Virus record (IMG/VR): IMGVR_UViG_3300044825_000904
Span: 1 to 64,000 of that record
Length of the DNA stretch: 64,000 nt
Reading direction: 5' to 3' (one strand)
Origin: a virus
The position numbers and the translations under genes are program-made. The notes beneath the pieces are model-generated. The model worked only from the letters and a program-made list of their open reading frames with translations, searched no databases and was not told where the DNA came from. Shown piece by piece: positions 1 to 7,675 of this stretch. Within the stretch, counting starts at the first letter, position 1. Each line of letters opens with the position of its first letter.

Positions 1-1
1 A

Positions 2-2689
2 ATTGCCTATTACGACTTTATCGGCATTGCCTGTACCTGCAAATGTTCCGCTAATCCAACTTCCTGATGTTGCCGCAACCTGTAATCTAACCGCATTTAC
101 ATTGGATGTTGTCGCAACCGAAATTGCATCACCGTGATCATATATAAGGCTATTACCTAAAGTCGTCGAACCTGTAGCTTTAGGAATGTAATTAGTACCC
201 AATGAACCCGTAATACCACCTGCAGGCCCTGTTGATGTTGATCCATCAGCCATTAAAAACTGAGATGATGTACCACCTGATTTAATAAATTTATTAGCAG
301 TAATATCTCCGCTGAATGATGCTGAACCACTAGCGTTTAAAGTAATTCCACCAACCATTGATAATGGCTCGGTAACAAATGCAGCTCCATCTGCTTTTAC
401 ATAAATACCTGATGAAGTAGGGTCTGTGTTAATAAAGTTAGCAATATAGGTATCAACTGCAGCAGCACTTACTGTAATATAAGTTCCACTGTCTGTGATG
501 ATACTATCTGCAATTGTATTAGCTCCTGTTGCTTTAGGTACTTTTGTTGCAGTTAACGTACCCGTAATCTGACCAACAGGAGTTGTTCCTGACGTACCAG
601 ATGTACCGTTTGCACCTGAGGTCCCTGAACTACCGCTTAATCCTGAAGTCCCATCAACGCCTGAAGTTCCGTTAATACCTGAAGTACCTGATACACCTGA
701 CGTACCGCTTGCTCCTGAGCTACCGCTTGTTCCGCTAACTCCCGAACTACCACTAGTACCATTCACCCCACTTGTACCATCTACCCCTGACGTGCCACTA
801 ACTCCTGATGTGCCGCTAACTCCGCTAGTTCCATCAGCTCCTGATGTACCTGCGGTTCCAGATGTACCGTCCACACCACTTGTACCCGTTGTACCTGAAG
901 TTCCACTTACCCCTGATGTACCTGAAGTACCATTTACACCACTTGTACCTGATGCAGCAGCAATAGATGTAGTAACATATGAGTACTCACTATCTTCTGT
1001 GTACCATTCTGCAGTTTTTGCAGTGCTTACATTATTGTTATAGTAAATCTTGACAATCATTCTGTCTGTTGCAGAAATTGTCGTATGTGGAAACACAAAG
1101 TCTACTGTAGTCTCTGCAATTACACCTGTTCCAAACCAAGCTAAAAGAACTACAGATGAAGTAGCTAATGTACCATAAGGAGTACCTGTGGAGTCAGCAA
1201 GTTGTAATGTTACATAAACTTGAATGTTGTCATTATCCTGAGGCTTTAATGTATGAAGATGAAATCTTTGTACACCTGATGGGATAATAGTAAATCCTAA
1301 TTGCTCTGTTATAAATTGCTGAACCAACACATTTTGTTGGTTACCAGTCATATTAACAGTTATAGTCTGTAATGCACCTAATGTAGGTTCAGTAGACAAT
1401 ACTTTGTATGGAGAAACAGATGATGATTGGCTATTATTAAAATAATAAACACGACCACCACTAACACCGTCAACACCCGAAGTACCACCTGTACCTGATG
1501 TACCTGTAGTTCCTGATGTTCCTGAAACTCCACTTGTGCCTGTCGTGCCTGACGTACCACCTGTGCCATCTGTACCTGAAGTAGCTGATGTGCCTGAGCT
1601 TCCTGATGATCCACTAGTTCCATCAATGCCCGATGTACCATTTATTCCTGAAGTTCCATCAATACCCGATGACCCACTAGAACCAGATGTGCCTGAAGTA
1701 CCTCCTGTTCCGTCCGTACCCGATGTGCCACCTGTGCCGTCTGTACCACTTGTACCTCCTGTACCTGATGTACCGTTAACTCCACTAGTTCCGCTAGTTC
1801 CACCTGAACCGCTAGTTCCATCAATTCCTGATGTACCGCTAGTTCCAGTTGTACCACTAGTACCTCCCGTTCCATCTGTTCCACTAGTCCCTGATGTACC
1901 ATCTGTACCGTCGATACCGTCAATGCCTGAGGTACCTGATGTACCACGTGTACCTGACGTACCGTCTGAACCGTTTGTACCTGAAGAACCTGATGTACCA
2001 CCTGTACCTGAAGAACCTGATGTTCCTGTTGTACCTGATGAACCCGACGTACCTGTTGTACCTGATGAACCTGAAGTGCCTGTAGTACCTGAAGTGCCTG
2101 ATGTTCCATCAATACCTGATGTTCCAGATGAGCCTGAGCTACCGCTACTACCCGAGGTTCCTGTTGTTCCTGATGTGCCACTTACGCCTGAGAATAACCC
2201 AAATGTAACTGGCTCATCTTCGTTAACAATACCTGAATGGCCACCAATAAAATCTAAGTCTAAGAAATAGTAATCACCATCTTCAACAACAGCAGTTACT
2301 TTATATAATCCATACTCACTAGGAAATCCTGGACGGTTAACAAGAATAATTTTATCTAACCAAGCCTGCTCAATGAAGATACCTGGCTCAGTATTAGCCA
2401 TTGTCAAGAAAGAAACCTTGATGGTTCCTGCAAGTCCAATTACATCTACTGTGTCGTATGGATGGTCAACTAATTCAAACGTCTTCGCAGGTTGAGATTC
2501 TGTCGGAGCATACATTCTGTATGACCAGTTGAAACTACCTGTATCGATAATACCTACTCGATTAAAATAATCGGCAACAGCATTTGCTGTAAAGTTTTTG
2601 GTTATGAAGTCGTTGTTGGCGTCTGAGCCAATCCATTTATCATTACCAGTAACATATATGTCGTTTGGGTAGGTTTGTATTCTCGCCAT
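2..2689 (-). CDS. Tail fibre protein with Gly-Thr-Ser (collagen-like G-X-Y) repeat blocks; 3' end runs off the left edge
   Basis: ATG at 2689 (MARIQTYPND...). Frame open wherever spot-checked down to position 2 (...VRLQVAATSGSWISGTFAGTGNADKVVIGN). Absent from the ORF track, as expected if no stop lies in the window. Confidence 0.8.
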   Translation of the reverse strand, partial: MARIQTYPNDIYVTGNDKWIGSDANNDFITKNFTANAVADYFNRVGIIDTGSFNWSYRMYAPTESQPAKTFELVDHPYDTVDVIGLAGTIKVSFLTMANTEPGIFIEQAWLDKIILVNRPGFPSEYGLYKVTAVVEDGDYYFLDLDFIGGHSGIVNEDEPVTFGLFSGVSGTSGTTGTSGSSGSSGSSGTSGIDGTSGTSGTTGTSGSSGTTGTSGSSGTTGTSGSSGTGGTSGSSGTNGSDGTSGTRGTSGTSGIDGIDGTDGTSGTSGTDGTGGTSGTTGTSGTSGIDGTSGSGGTSGTSGVNGTSGTGGTSGTDGTGGTSGTDGTGGTSGTSGSSGSSGIDGTSGINGTSGIDGTSGSSGSSGTSATSGTDGTGGTSGTTGTSGVSGTSGTTGTSGTGGTSGVDGVSGGRVYYFNNSQSSSVSPYKVLSTEPTLGALQTITVNMTGNQQNVLVQQFITEQLGFTIIPSGVQRFHLHTLKPQDNDNIQVYVTLQLADSTGTPYGTLATSSVVLLAWFGTGVIAETTVDFVFPHTTISATDRMIVKIYYNNNVSTAKTAEWYTEDSEYSYVTTSIAAASGTSGVNGTSGTSGVSGTSGTTGTSGVDGTSGTAGTSGADGTSGVSGTSGVSGTSGVDGTSGVNGTSGSSGVSGTSGSSGASGTSGVSGTSGINGTSGVDGTSGLSGSSGTSGANGTSGTSGTTPVGQITGTLTATKVPKATGANTIADSIITDSGTYITVSAAAVDTYIANFINTDPTSSGIYVKADGAAFVTEPLSMVGGITLNASGSASFSGDITANKFIKSGGTSSQFLMADGSTSTGPAGGITGSLGTNYIPKATGSTTLGNSLIYDHGDAISVATTSNVNAVRLQVAATSGSWISGTFAGTGNADKVVIGN
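580..960 (-). repeat. Second (GTS)n repeat block of the tail fibre
   Basis: Same 9-nt units, separated from the first block by a ~165-aa non-repetitive domain; boundaries approximate. Confidence 0.85.
1470..2190 (-). repeat. Long degenerate 9-nt coding repeat encoding (GTS/GTT/GID/GSS)n
   Basis: Plus strand shows recurring cctgatgta/cctgaagta/ccactagtt units; boundaries approximate. Confidence 0.9.
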
Positions 2690-2730
2690 TGAAAATGTCT
2701 TTACTTATTATCTAGCAAAAATACGCAAAT

Positions 2731-3177
2731 TTATCTAAGTACTAGAAATTTGAAATAGGCATATAATATAATAATAGCCGACTCTATTAGGATAACTATA
2801 ATAGCCCAAGTAGGAACTAAGTATTTAATAACCTCAACGTTTTTTACACTAATGCTAGAATTATTTTTGCTTCTATACTTATCTTCGTACACTTGAGCGA
2901 TTGAATCAATGTCAACTGTGGCCTCAATCTTGCCACGTACGGAGCGAATTACTACTTGCCCTTGCGGTATCTTGATCTTGCTATAGAACGTGCTTAAAAT
3001 GCCAGAAGAATCGCATGGATTCTCAATTAATAATGTATCATGTACAGCTGGAAGTATTTTTGCTTCACGTTCAATTTTAAACGTATCTACACGCACAACC
3101 TCTTTATATTCAGTAATTGTTTTTGTTGGACGACAAGAAACTGTTATAATTAACAATAATAAAAACAATCTTTTCAT
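2731..3177 (-). CDS. Putative unimolecular spanin
   Basis: N-terminal lipoprotein signal (MKRLFLLLLIITVS-C), C-terminal TM helix, directly downstream of the endolysin. Confidence 0.7.
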   Translation of the reverse strand: MKRLFLLLLIITVSCRPTKTITEYKEVVRVDTFKIEREAKILPAVHDTLLIENPCDSSGILSTFYSKIKIPQGQVVIRSVRGKIEATVDIDSIAQVYEDKYRSKNNSSISVKNVEVIKYLVPTWAIIVILIESAIIILYAYFKFLVLR

Positions 3178-3662
3178 TAGCTTACTAGTTTTTCATTTCC
3201 TTTGTATGGTAAATAAACAGTTTTGCCTGCCTTTTTTGTCGCAACTAATATCTGATTGTTATTTAAGCCGTCTCCATACGCCACGTGTACCCATCCTAGC
3301 TTGCCAGATTCAGGGAACTCAGCAATGAGTTGCTTGAACTTTAGATTATCCTTAATCCAATGGAATATATCATTGTTTGTAACACCCGAACTAGATCCAT
3401 CCATATCAATGTCAATAGCTCTGCCATAACAGTGGTCAGAAGTAGATGATCCCCCAACAGATTTGTTGAGTTCTTTCGATCGATATCCGCTTGAAATGTA
3501 AATAGGTACACCGAAGTGATTACGAATAGGTTCAAATACATGCTCGGCAAGTCTTTTGAAGTTTTCTAAATGTTCTGGTGTTGGAGTATTAGCAATGCCT
3601 TTTCTTTTGGCTGAATCTGACCTTGTAACTTCTGATAAGTCTAGGTGCTCTGATAGTTTCAT
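3177..3662 (-). CDS. Endolysin, peptidase M15A family
   Basis: SGYRS..LN..VGG...SDH..GRA.D and WVHV zinc-peptidase motifs. Confidence 0.9.
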   Translation of the reverse strand: MKLSEHLDLSEVTRSDSAKRKGIANTPTPEHLENFKRLAEHVFEPIRNHFGVPIYISSGYRSKELNKSVGGSSTSDHCYGRAIDIDMDGSSSGVTNNDIFHWIKDNLKFKQLIAEFPESGKLGWVHVAYGDGLNNNQILVATKKAGKTVYLPYKGNEKLVS

Positions 3663-3778
3663 TTGATTATCTGTCTAATTAAATCTTCATTAAAAAAATG
3701 CAAGAAAATAAAAACAAGATCTATACACATAGCTAGTGCTACTATAGCCGACACTACATAAGTAGTTAATTTTATCAT
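3659..3778 (-). CDS. 39-aa single-TM protein in the lysis cassette
   Basis: MIKLTTYVVSAIVALAMCIDLVFIFLHFF...; ATGA overlaps with both neighbours. Confidence 0.55.
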   Translation of the reverse strand: MIKLTTYVVSAIVALAMCIDLVFIFLHFFNEDLIRQIIK

Positions 3779-3894
3779 CCTTGACCTCTCGATTTCTTTG
3801 ACTTGCAATCTTTTGGCCCACTTGTTTTAGAGTGCTTACCTTTTCGTCTTACGCCAAAGGTTACCTTTTTAGATTCGTTATTTGCTTTTGCCAT
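3775..3894 (-). CDS. 39-aa basic protein ending in RGQG
   Basis: MAKANNESKKVTFGVRRKGKHSKTSGPKDCKSKKSRGQG, translated by hand. Confidence 0.6.
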   Translation of the reverse strand: MAKANNESKKVTFGVRRKGKHSKTSGPKDCKSKKSRGQG

Positions 3895-4099
3895 TGATTG
3901 ATTTATACCCTGCTATACCTAATGCAGATGCAGAATATATTAATAGTGAATTAAAAATAAACTCTTTTACGGTTAAGTCATTACCTAGAATACCAGCAAC
4001 AACATCAGCCAAAGCAATAATAGCTACCAACCCAAGTGCTATAAATGCAGCAACAGATTGCTCATTTACATCGTTTGAGTCTTTAAATATATTCCACAT
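3878..4099 (-). CDS. Holin-like 2-TM protein
   Basis: Two hydrophobic helices; upstream of the endolysin. Confidence 0.6.
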   Translation of the reverse strand: MWNIFKDSNDVNEQSVAAFIALGLVAIIALADVVAGILGNDLTVKEFIFNSLLIYSASALGIAGYKSINGKSK

Positions 4100-4254
4100 T
4101 ACTCTTTGCCTTTAATTAAGTTATATAACTTAAACCCTGTGTAAATAATAGACACAGCCAACAATGCCAACCGTAAGGCAGCTTCGATATTTGTGAACGA
4201 CAAGATCAATGTCGATGCGTTCAATAGTCCTATTTTCAAATCCTCTTCCGTCAT
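4099..4254 (-). CDS. Holin-like membrane protein (51 aa)
   Basis: MTEEDLKIGLLNASTLILSFTNIEAALRLALLAVSIIYTGFK...; start moved to ATG 4254. Confidence 0.6.
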   Translation of the reverse strand: MTEEDLKIGLLNASTLILSFTNIEAALRLALLAVSIIYTGFKLYNLIKGKE

Positions 4255-4255
4255 A

Positions 4256-4519
4256 TTACCAAAGAGCAACAATGTTAGTAGCTGCTGTTCCTGTAGAGAA
4301 AACTCTCTTAACACGAACTTGAAGAGTTGTGCCTGCTGGTACTGCGTAGAAGATAACCTCGTCACCACCAATAGTTAACACCTTTAAGTTACCAGTACCA
4401 CCAATGTAAAGGATACATCCCTCATCATTTGTGCCACCTGATACGCTAGGAATATTATCAGTGTTTGATGGCGTTACTGCTGCAGCACGCCCCGACTGTA
4501 CGTAATTTAAAACACCCAT
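4256..4519 (-). CDS. Head spike-base-like protein (RcGTA Rcc01079-like)
   Basis: AAAVTPS...LYIGGTGNLKV...VPAGT.L.VRVKRV..TGT.ATNIVALW signature. Confidence 0.7.
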   Translation of the reverse strand: MGVLNYVQSGRAAAVTPSNTDNIPSVSGGTNDEGCILYIGGTGNLKVLTIGGDEVIFYAVPAGTTLQVRVKRVFSTGTAATNIVALW

Positions 4520-4520
4520 C

Positions 4521-4649
4521 TTATTTCTTCTTTTTGTTTTTCATTGCAGCTTGAGCATTCTCAGCATAGTGCTTACGTGCAGCAGGCTTTAATTTTTGAT
4601 TACTAGCTTCTTTGATGTCGAACGCTGTTTTTTTGCTAACCTTTTTCAT
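4521..4649 (-). CDS. Small Lys-rich protein
   Basis: MKKVSKKTAFDIKEASN...KNKKKK; TAnnTTTG element just upstream. Confidence 0.6.
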   Translation of the reverse strand: MKKVSKKTAFDIKEASNQKLKPAARKHYAENAQAAMKNKKKK

Positions 4650-4677
4650 TATCTTGATATTTTGAATTACAAAGATA

Positions 4678-4884
4678 TTACTTTTTTGTTTTATAAGGAT
4701 TCTCTCTATGCCACTTACGAATCGACTCAATACCATCCTCTATTGTCTTGGCTTTGGCCTTTTTAGTTAGGTTAATTTTATCCCATTTGCCAGCAGGTCT
4801 ACCTGCTGTATGGTCTACAATTACATCGCCCTGTTTATTCTTGAAAACTTTGTGGGTCTGCCCACCAACTTTTAAGATAGCCAT
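4678..4884 (-). CDS. Hypothetical basic protein
   Basis: 68-aa ORF packed in the minus-strand operon. Confidence 0.65.
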   Translation of the reverse strand: MAILKVGGQTHKVFKNKQGDVIVDHTAGRPAGKWDKINLTKKAKAKTIEDGIESIRKWHRENPYKTKK

Positions 4885-4890
4885 TACTTT

Positions 4891-5166
4891 TTACTTTTTC
4901 TTACCTCTTGCACGACGATCACCAGGCATATTTGAATGAGATCCACGGTTCTTGCTGGCTGATTCCTCAACGATACGGCCATTTCTTTTGTGGCTCATAT
5001 CTTTGCCATCGCCATCGCCATATTGACCACGGTCACGGTTGATTTTGTTAAGCTCAATACGCTTTTTTAATTGATCAGCTCTCTTGTTATATTCAGCCTG
5101 ATATTCAAGACGTTTTTTGCGAGCCTCCGGATGAGTCTTATAGTATTCAGATGTCCGTCCTGCCAT
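4891..5166 (-). CDS. Small basic protein with degenerate HNH-like motif
   Basis: GDGKDMSH...SKNR motif. Confidence 0.55.
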   Translation of the reverse strand: MAGRTSEYYKTHPEARKKRLEYQAEYNKRADQLKKRIELNKINRDRGQYGDGDGKDMSHKRNGRIVEESASKNRGSHSNMPGDRRARGKKK

Positions 5167-5309
5167 TACTTTTTCTTCTTTTCTTTAGCAACAATTTTTT
5201 TTTCTTGCTTTAGCATTTCCGCAGTTGGCTTCTTTCCACTTCCTGATTTGGCACGGATATTATTCCACAAAGAGTTTTCTACTCCTAACTTATTTAGTTT
5301 CTTTTTCAT
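5166..5309 (-). CDS. 47-aa basic protein
   Basis: MKKKLNKLGVENSLWNNIRAKSGSGKKPTAEMLKQEKK..., translated by hand; fills the gap exactly. Confidence 0.65.
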   Translation of the reverse strand: MKKKLNKLGVENSLWNNIRAKSGSGKKPTAEMLKQEKKIVAKEKKKK

Positions 5310-5310
5310 A

Positions 5311-5583
5311 CTAACAGTTCCATTTTCTTAGTGCTAATGCTTTTCTTGTTGGCTCGCCATTTGGCTTCTTCATTGGTCCTTCTACGCCTGACATGCGAGC
5401 ACAGAATGACTTGCGTCTAGCAGCATCTCTGCTGCCCGCTTTTAATTTAGATGGGGGTGTAGTCACTGCTGTTTGCAGTTTGCTACCCGGATTCTCACGT
5501 CGGTACGACGCAACGCCTTTAGCGTTCAGACCACCAGTTTTACTTTTACCCTCTGACCGTTGCCATGCTGCTGTTTTAGCCAT
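5311..5583 (-). CDS. Conserved phage protein (DUF6321-like)
   Basis: GGLNAKGVASY...PGSKL...RRKSFCARM...ALRKWNC. Confidence 0.75.
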   Translation of the reverse strand: MAKTAAWQRSEGKSKTGGLNAKGVASYRRENPGSKLQTAVTTPPSKLKAGSRDAARRKSFCARMSGVEGPMKKPNGEPTRKALALRKWNC

Positions 5584-6100
5584 TTTGTTTGTTATTAAAA
5601 TCAACAACTGATTTGCACAAATTTATAAAATTATCAACAGATGTATTACTCTTTGATATATTTACAATACGACAAACCAACTGTATATTTCCTTCAACAT
5701 ATCCTATTGATGAATCTATTCTATCAATGCTACAATTTGTTTGTATAACACCTTCCCCTAAAACCATAGTCATATCCCAACCAGTTAAAGCACATTTACC
5801 ATTTTGTTTATCCCAAAGGCTAATTAAATAGTCTATGTTTATATTATCGTCTTTCTTTCTGCCTAATGCTTTAGCCCTTAAATAAGACAAATATGATTTT
5901 ACTGATTTGGTTCTTTTAAAAGAAGTATACTTTAACTTATCTTCTCCCCAAGTTTGTTTGTGGTATAAAGATTGTTTTTCTAATATACATTTTTTACACC
6001 AAGAATTATACTTAGGTTCCCCTGATACTTTTTTCCCTGTTGTATAGAAGTTACTTAAATCAAAAACATTATTGCATTTTGTGCATTTTTTTGATGTCAT
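5576..6100 (-). CDS. HNH-type homing endonuclease
   Basis: N-terminal CxxC pairs; QNGKCALTG...SIDRIDS..GY..GNIQLVC..VN..K. Confidence 0.75.
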   Translation of the reverse strand: MTSKKCTKCNNVFDLSNFYTTGKKVSGEPKYNSWCKKCILEKQSLYHKQTWGEDKLKYTSFKRTKSVKSYLSYLRAKALGRKKDDNINIDYLISLWDKQNGKCALTGWDMTMVLGEGVIQTNCSIDRIDSSIGYVEGNIQLVCRIVNISKSNTSVDNFINLCKSVVDFNNKQNG

Positions 6101-6266
6101 TACTTGATTGTATTTTATTATTTACTTCTTTATTAAATGGGAATGCCCTGTTTAGTGCATCTCTTCTAGCAGCACAGCCGCAGTCATCACCTGCGACGGC
6201 TTTAACAGCGGCTGCAACGCCTGTTACTTTAGCAACATGCTCGACTACGTCTCCTAAGCCTTTCAT
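6069..6266 (-). CDS. Conserved small phage protein (GLGD...DCGC..R...LN)
   Basis: Motif in the translation. Confidence 0.7.
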   Translation of the reverse strand: MKGLGDVVEHVAKVTGVAAAVKAVAGDDCGCAARRDALNRAFPFNKEVNNKIQSSNDIKKMHKMQ

Positions 6267-6267
6267 A

Positions 6268-6408
6268 TTAGCACATTTTCTTGATTGCTTTAGCAGCCTT
6301 AACTACCTTAGCAACCTTAACTGCTTTTTTAGCAGCTGCAATTTTAGTAATGCCCATTTGTGTTTTAGGCATTGGACGTGTCATTGGTGTTTTTTCTTGC
6401 TTTGCCAT
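6268..6408 (-). CDS. Histone-tail-like Lys/Ala-rich small protein
   Basis: ...KIAAAKKAVKVAKVVKAAKAIKKMC. Confidence 0.6.
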   Translation of the reverse strand: MAKQEKTPMTRPMPKTQMGITKIAAAKKAVKVAKVVKAAKAIKKMC

Positions 6409-6409
6409 C

Positions 6410-6700
6410 TTATTTCTTATTGAATAATTGTGAAGAAGAAGGAAGAGGTACATCACGACCCTTAGTTTTTGAGTCGATCAATCCTTGGTAACGCTCTGCG
6501 ATTGGTGCATAGTATGCGTTCTCCTTGCGTAATTGTGCAATGCGAGATGCAGCAGCCTTATCTTGATCTGGAGCTAGTCCTAAGTTGCGGTTTTTTTGAA
6601 GCATTGTACGCTCGTCTTCACGCTCAGTCATTGCTTTTCTCATGCCACCAACGACTCCCTTCAAGTCGCCAATCTTAATCATTGAATTTTTCTTAGCCAT
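6410..6700 (-). CDS. Hypothetical protein
   Basis: 96-aa ORF; TATCTTTG element on the minus strand at 6720-6727. Confidence 0.65.
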   Translation of the reverse strand: MAKKNSMIKIGDLKGVVGGMRKAMTEREDERTMLQKNRNLGLAPDQDKAAASRIAQLRKENAYYAPIAERYQGLIDSKTKGRDVPLPSSSQLFNKK

Positions 6701-6752
6701 AATTTTTCTTATTATTCAACAAAGATAAGTAATTTTGTAAAAATAAAATCTA

Positions 6753-7259
6753 ATGATAAAAACATACATGAAGCCTAGGAAGATTAAGCCTAGAGCTATT
6801 AAAGTGCGTGAATATAAAGTCAAGCCTATCGTAGTTAGACGTGAGGCTGTCGACAAAGACTTTCTAAAATACATCAAAGTTGTACGTGCCTGGGCTCGTC
6901 ATAAGCACGGATTGAGCCTAGAAGACTTTGAGATGCTATGTTATTTGTACTCCGAGCACGTTTTTGACGCCAATCAGTTCGACCAATACTGCCAAATATT
7001 TGGATTTACTAAAAATAGACGGCAAGATTTGATGCAGAAAGGTTTAATCGTGCATTTTCGCAAGCCTGAACCGGGCAAACGTGCGATTTATGAGCTGTCT
7101 TACCAAGCTAAGTCCATTATGCGACAGGTTTATGAGATGTTGCAGGGTGAAAGACCCATTCCAAAGCTATCTGACATCAAACCTAAAAGCAATAAACCCC
7201 ATCACTTTGCCACAAGGCAATATGACAGGGTCATTGGTAGACTTAATAAAGATTTTTAA
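6753..7259 (+). CDS. Putative winged-helix (MarR-like) regulator
   Basis: Solo plus-strand gene; LSLEDFEMLCYLY...DLMQKGLI...IYELSYQAK pattern. Confidence 0.55.
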   Translation: MIKTYMKPRKIKPRAIKVREYKVKPIVVRREAVDKDFLKYIKVVRAWARHKHGLSLEDFEMLCYLYSEHVFDANQFDQYCQIFGFTKNRRQDLMQKGLIVHFRKPEPGKRAIYELSYQAKSIMRQVYEMLQGERPIPKLSDIKPKSNKPHHFATRQYDRVIGRLNKDF

Positions 7260-7263
7260 AAAT

Positions 7264-7330
7264 GCTGTCTTTCCAGCTGTCAAGCAAGTTCTCCAGATTA
7301 ACGGACTGAATGCCATATTGGAAGATTGCT
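7264..7330 (-). ncRNA. Structured RNA A: hairpin-UGAC-hairpin with GAAAGA loop
   Basis: AGCAA...TTGCT stem, TGAC-A, GCTG-GAAAGA-CAGC, then a U-run. Confidence 0.6.
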
Positions 7331-7339
7331 ATCTCTCCG

Positions 7340-7459
7340 TAGCCAGTCGGGATTCGAACCCGCAAGTCACCGTGACAGCGACTATGTTTGTTATTATGCT
7401 AACACACCTATTGGATGCAAACCAATTCACATAGTGTATACCAATTCCACTACAGGCTA
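7340..7459 (-). ncRNA. tRNA-like element 1 with expanded, branched anticodon domain
   Basis: TAGCCTG/CTGGCTA acceptor, D-arm GTGGAATTGGTATACAC, T-arm CGGG-TTCGAAT-CCCG; 120 nt; no CCA. Confidence 0.7.
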
Positions 7460-7464
7460 AAATT

Positions 7465-7523
7465 TGATGTCTTTCCATCAGTCATTAGTTTAGTTACTAT
7501 GCTATAGTAACCAACATCACTAA
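7465..7523 (-). ncRNA. Structured RNA B, same architecture as A
   Basis: TTAGT..TTGGTTACTAT/ATAGTAACTAA..ACTAA, TGAC, TGATG-GAAAGA-CATCA. Confidence 0.6.
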
Positions 7524-7528
7524 AAGTG

Positions 7529-7601
7529 TAGTTAGGACATGAATCGAACATGTATCTTCGAGCGTTTCAGCCAATTAGGTTACCATTACCCCACCTAACT
7601 A
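7529..7601 (-). tRNA. Degenerate tRNA-like element 2 (GAA in loop, anticodon stem unpaired)
   Basis: AGTTAGG/CCTAACT acceptor, GGT-AATGGTA-ACC D-arm, ACATG-TTCGATT-CATGT T-arm. Confidence 0.55.
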
Positions 7602-7605
7602 ATTA

Positions 7606-7669
7606 GTACCGTTCCTATCTACTTTATGAACATACGGTACAAAATGCTTCATCATAACCTTCGGATAGG
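7606..7669 (-). ncRNA. Structured RNA C: pseudoknot with loop-E-like GAA/AGUA internal loop
   Basis: CCTATC/GATAGG, TTATGA/TCATAA; loop GTACCGT pairs with 3' ACGGTAC. Confidence 0.55.
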
Positions 7670-7675
7670 TAAGTT

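Noticed and set aside
792-2270. Pro/Val-rich plus-strand ORFs and Gln/Val-rich minus-strand ORFs in the ORF track
   Set aside because: Shadow frames of the (GTS)n tail-fibre repeat.
7264-7669. Theta/HDV-like or hammerhead ribozymes in the tRNA trailers
   Set aside because: Could not fit the nested double pseudoknot or the CUGANGA/GAAA core by eye; cmscan needed to exclude formally.
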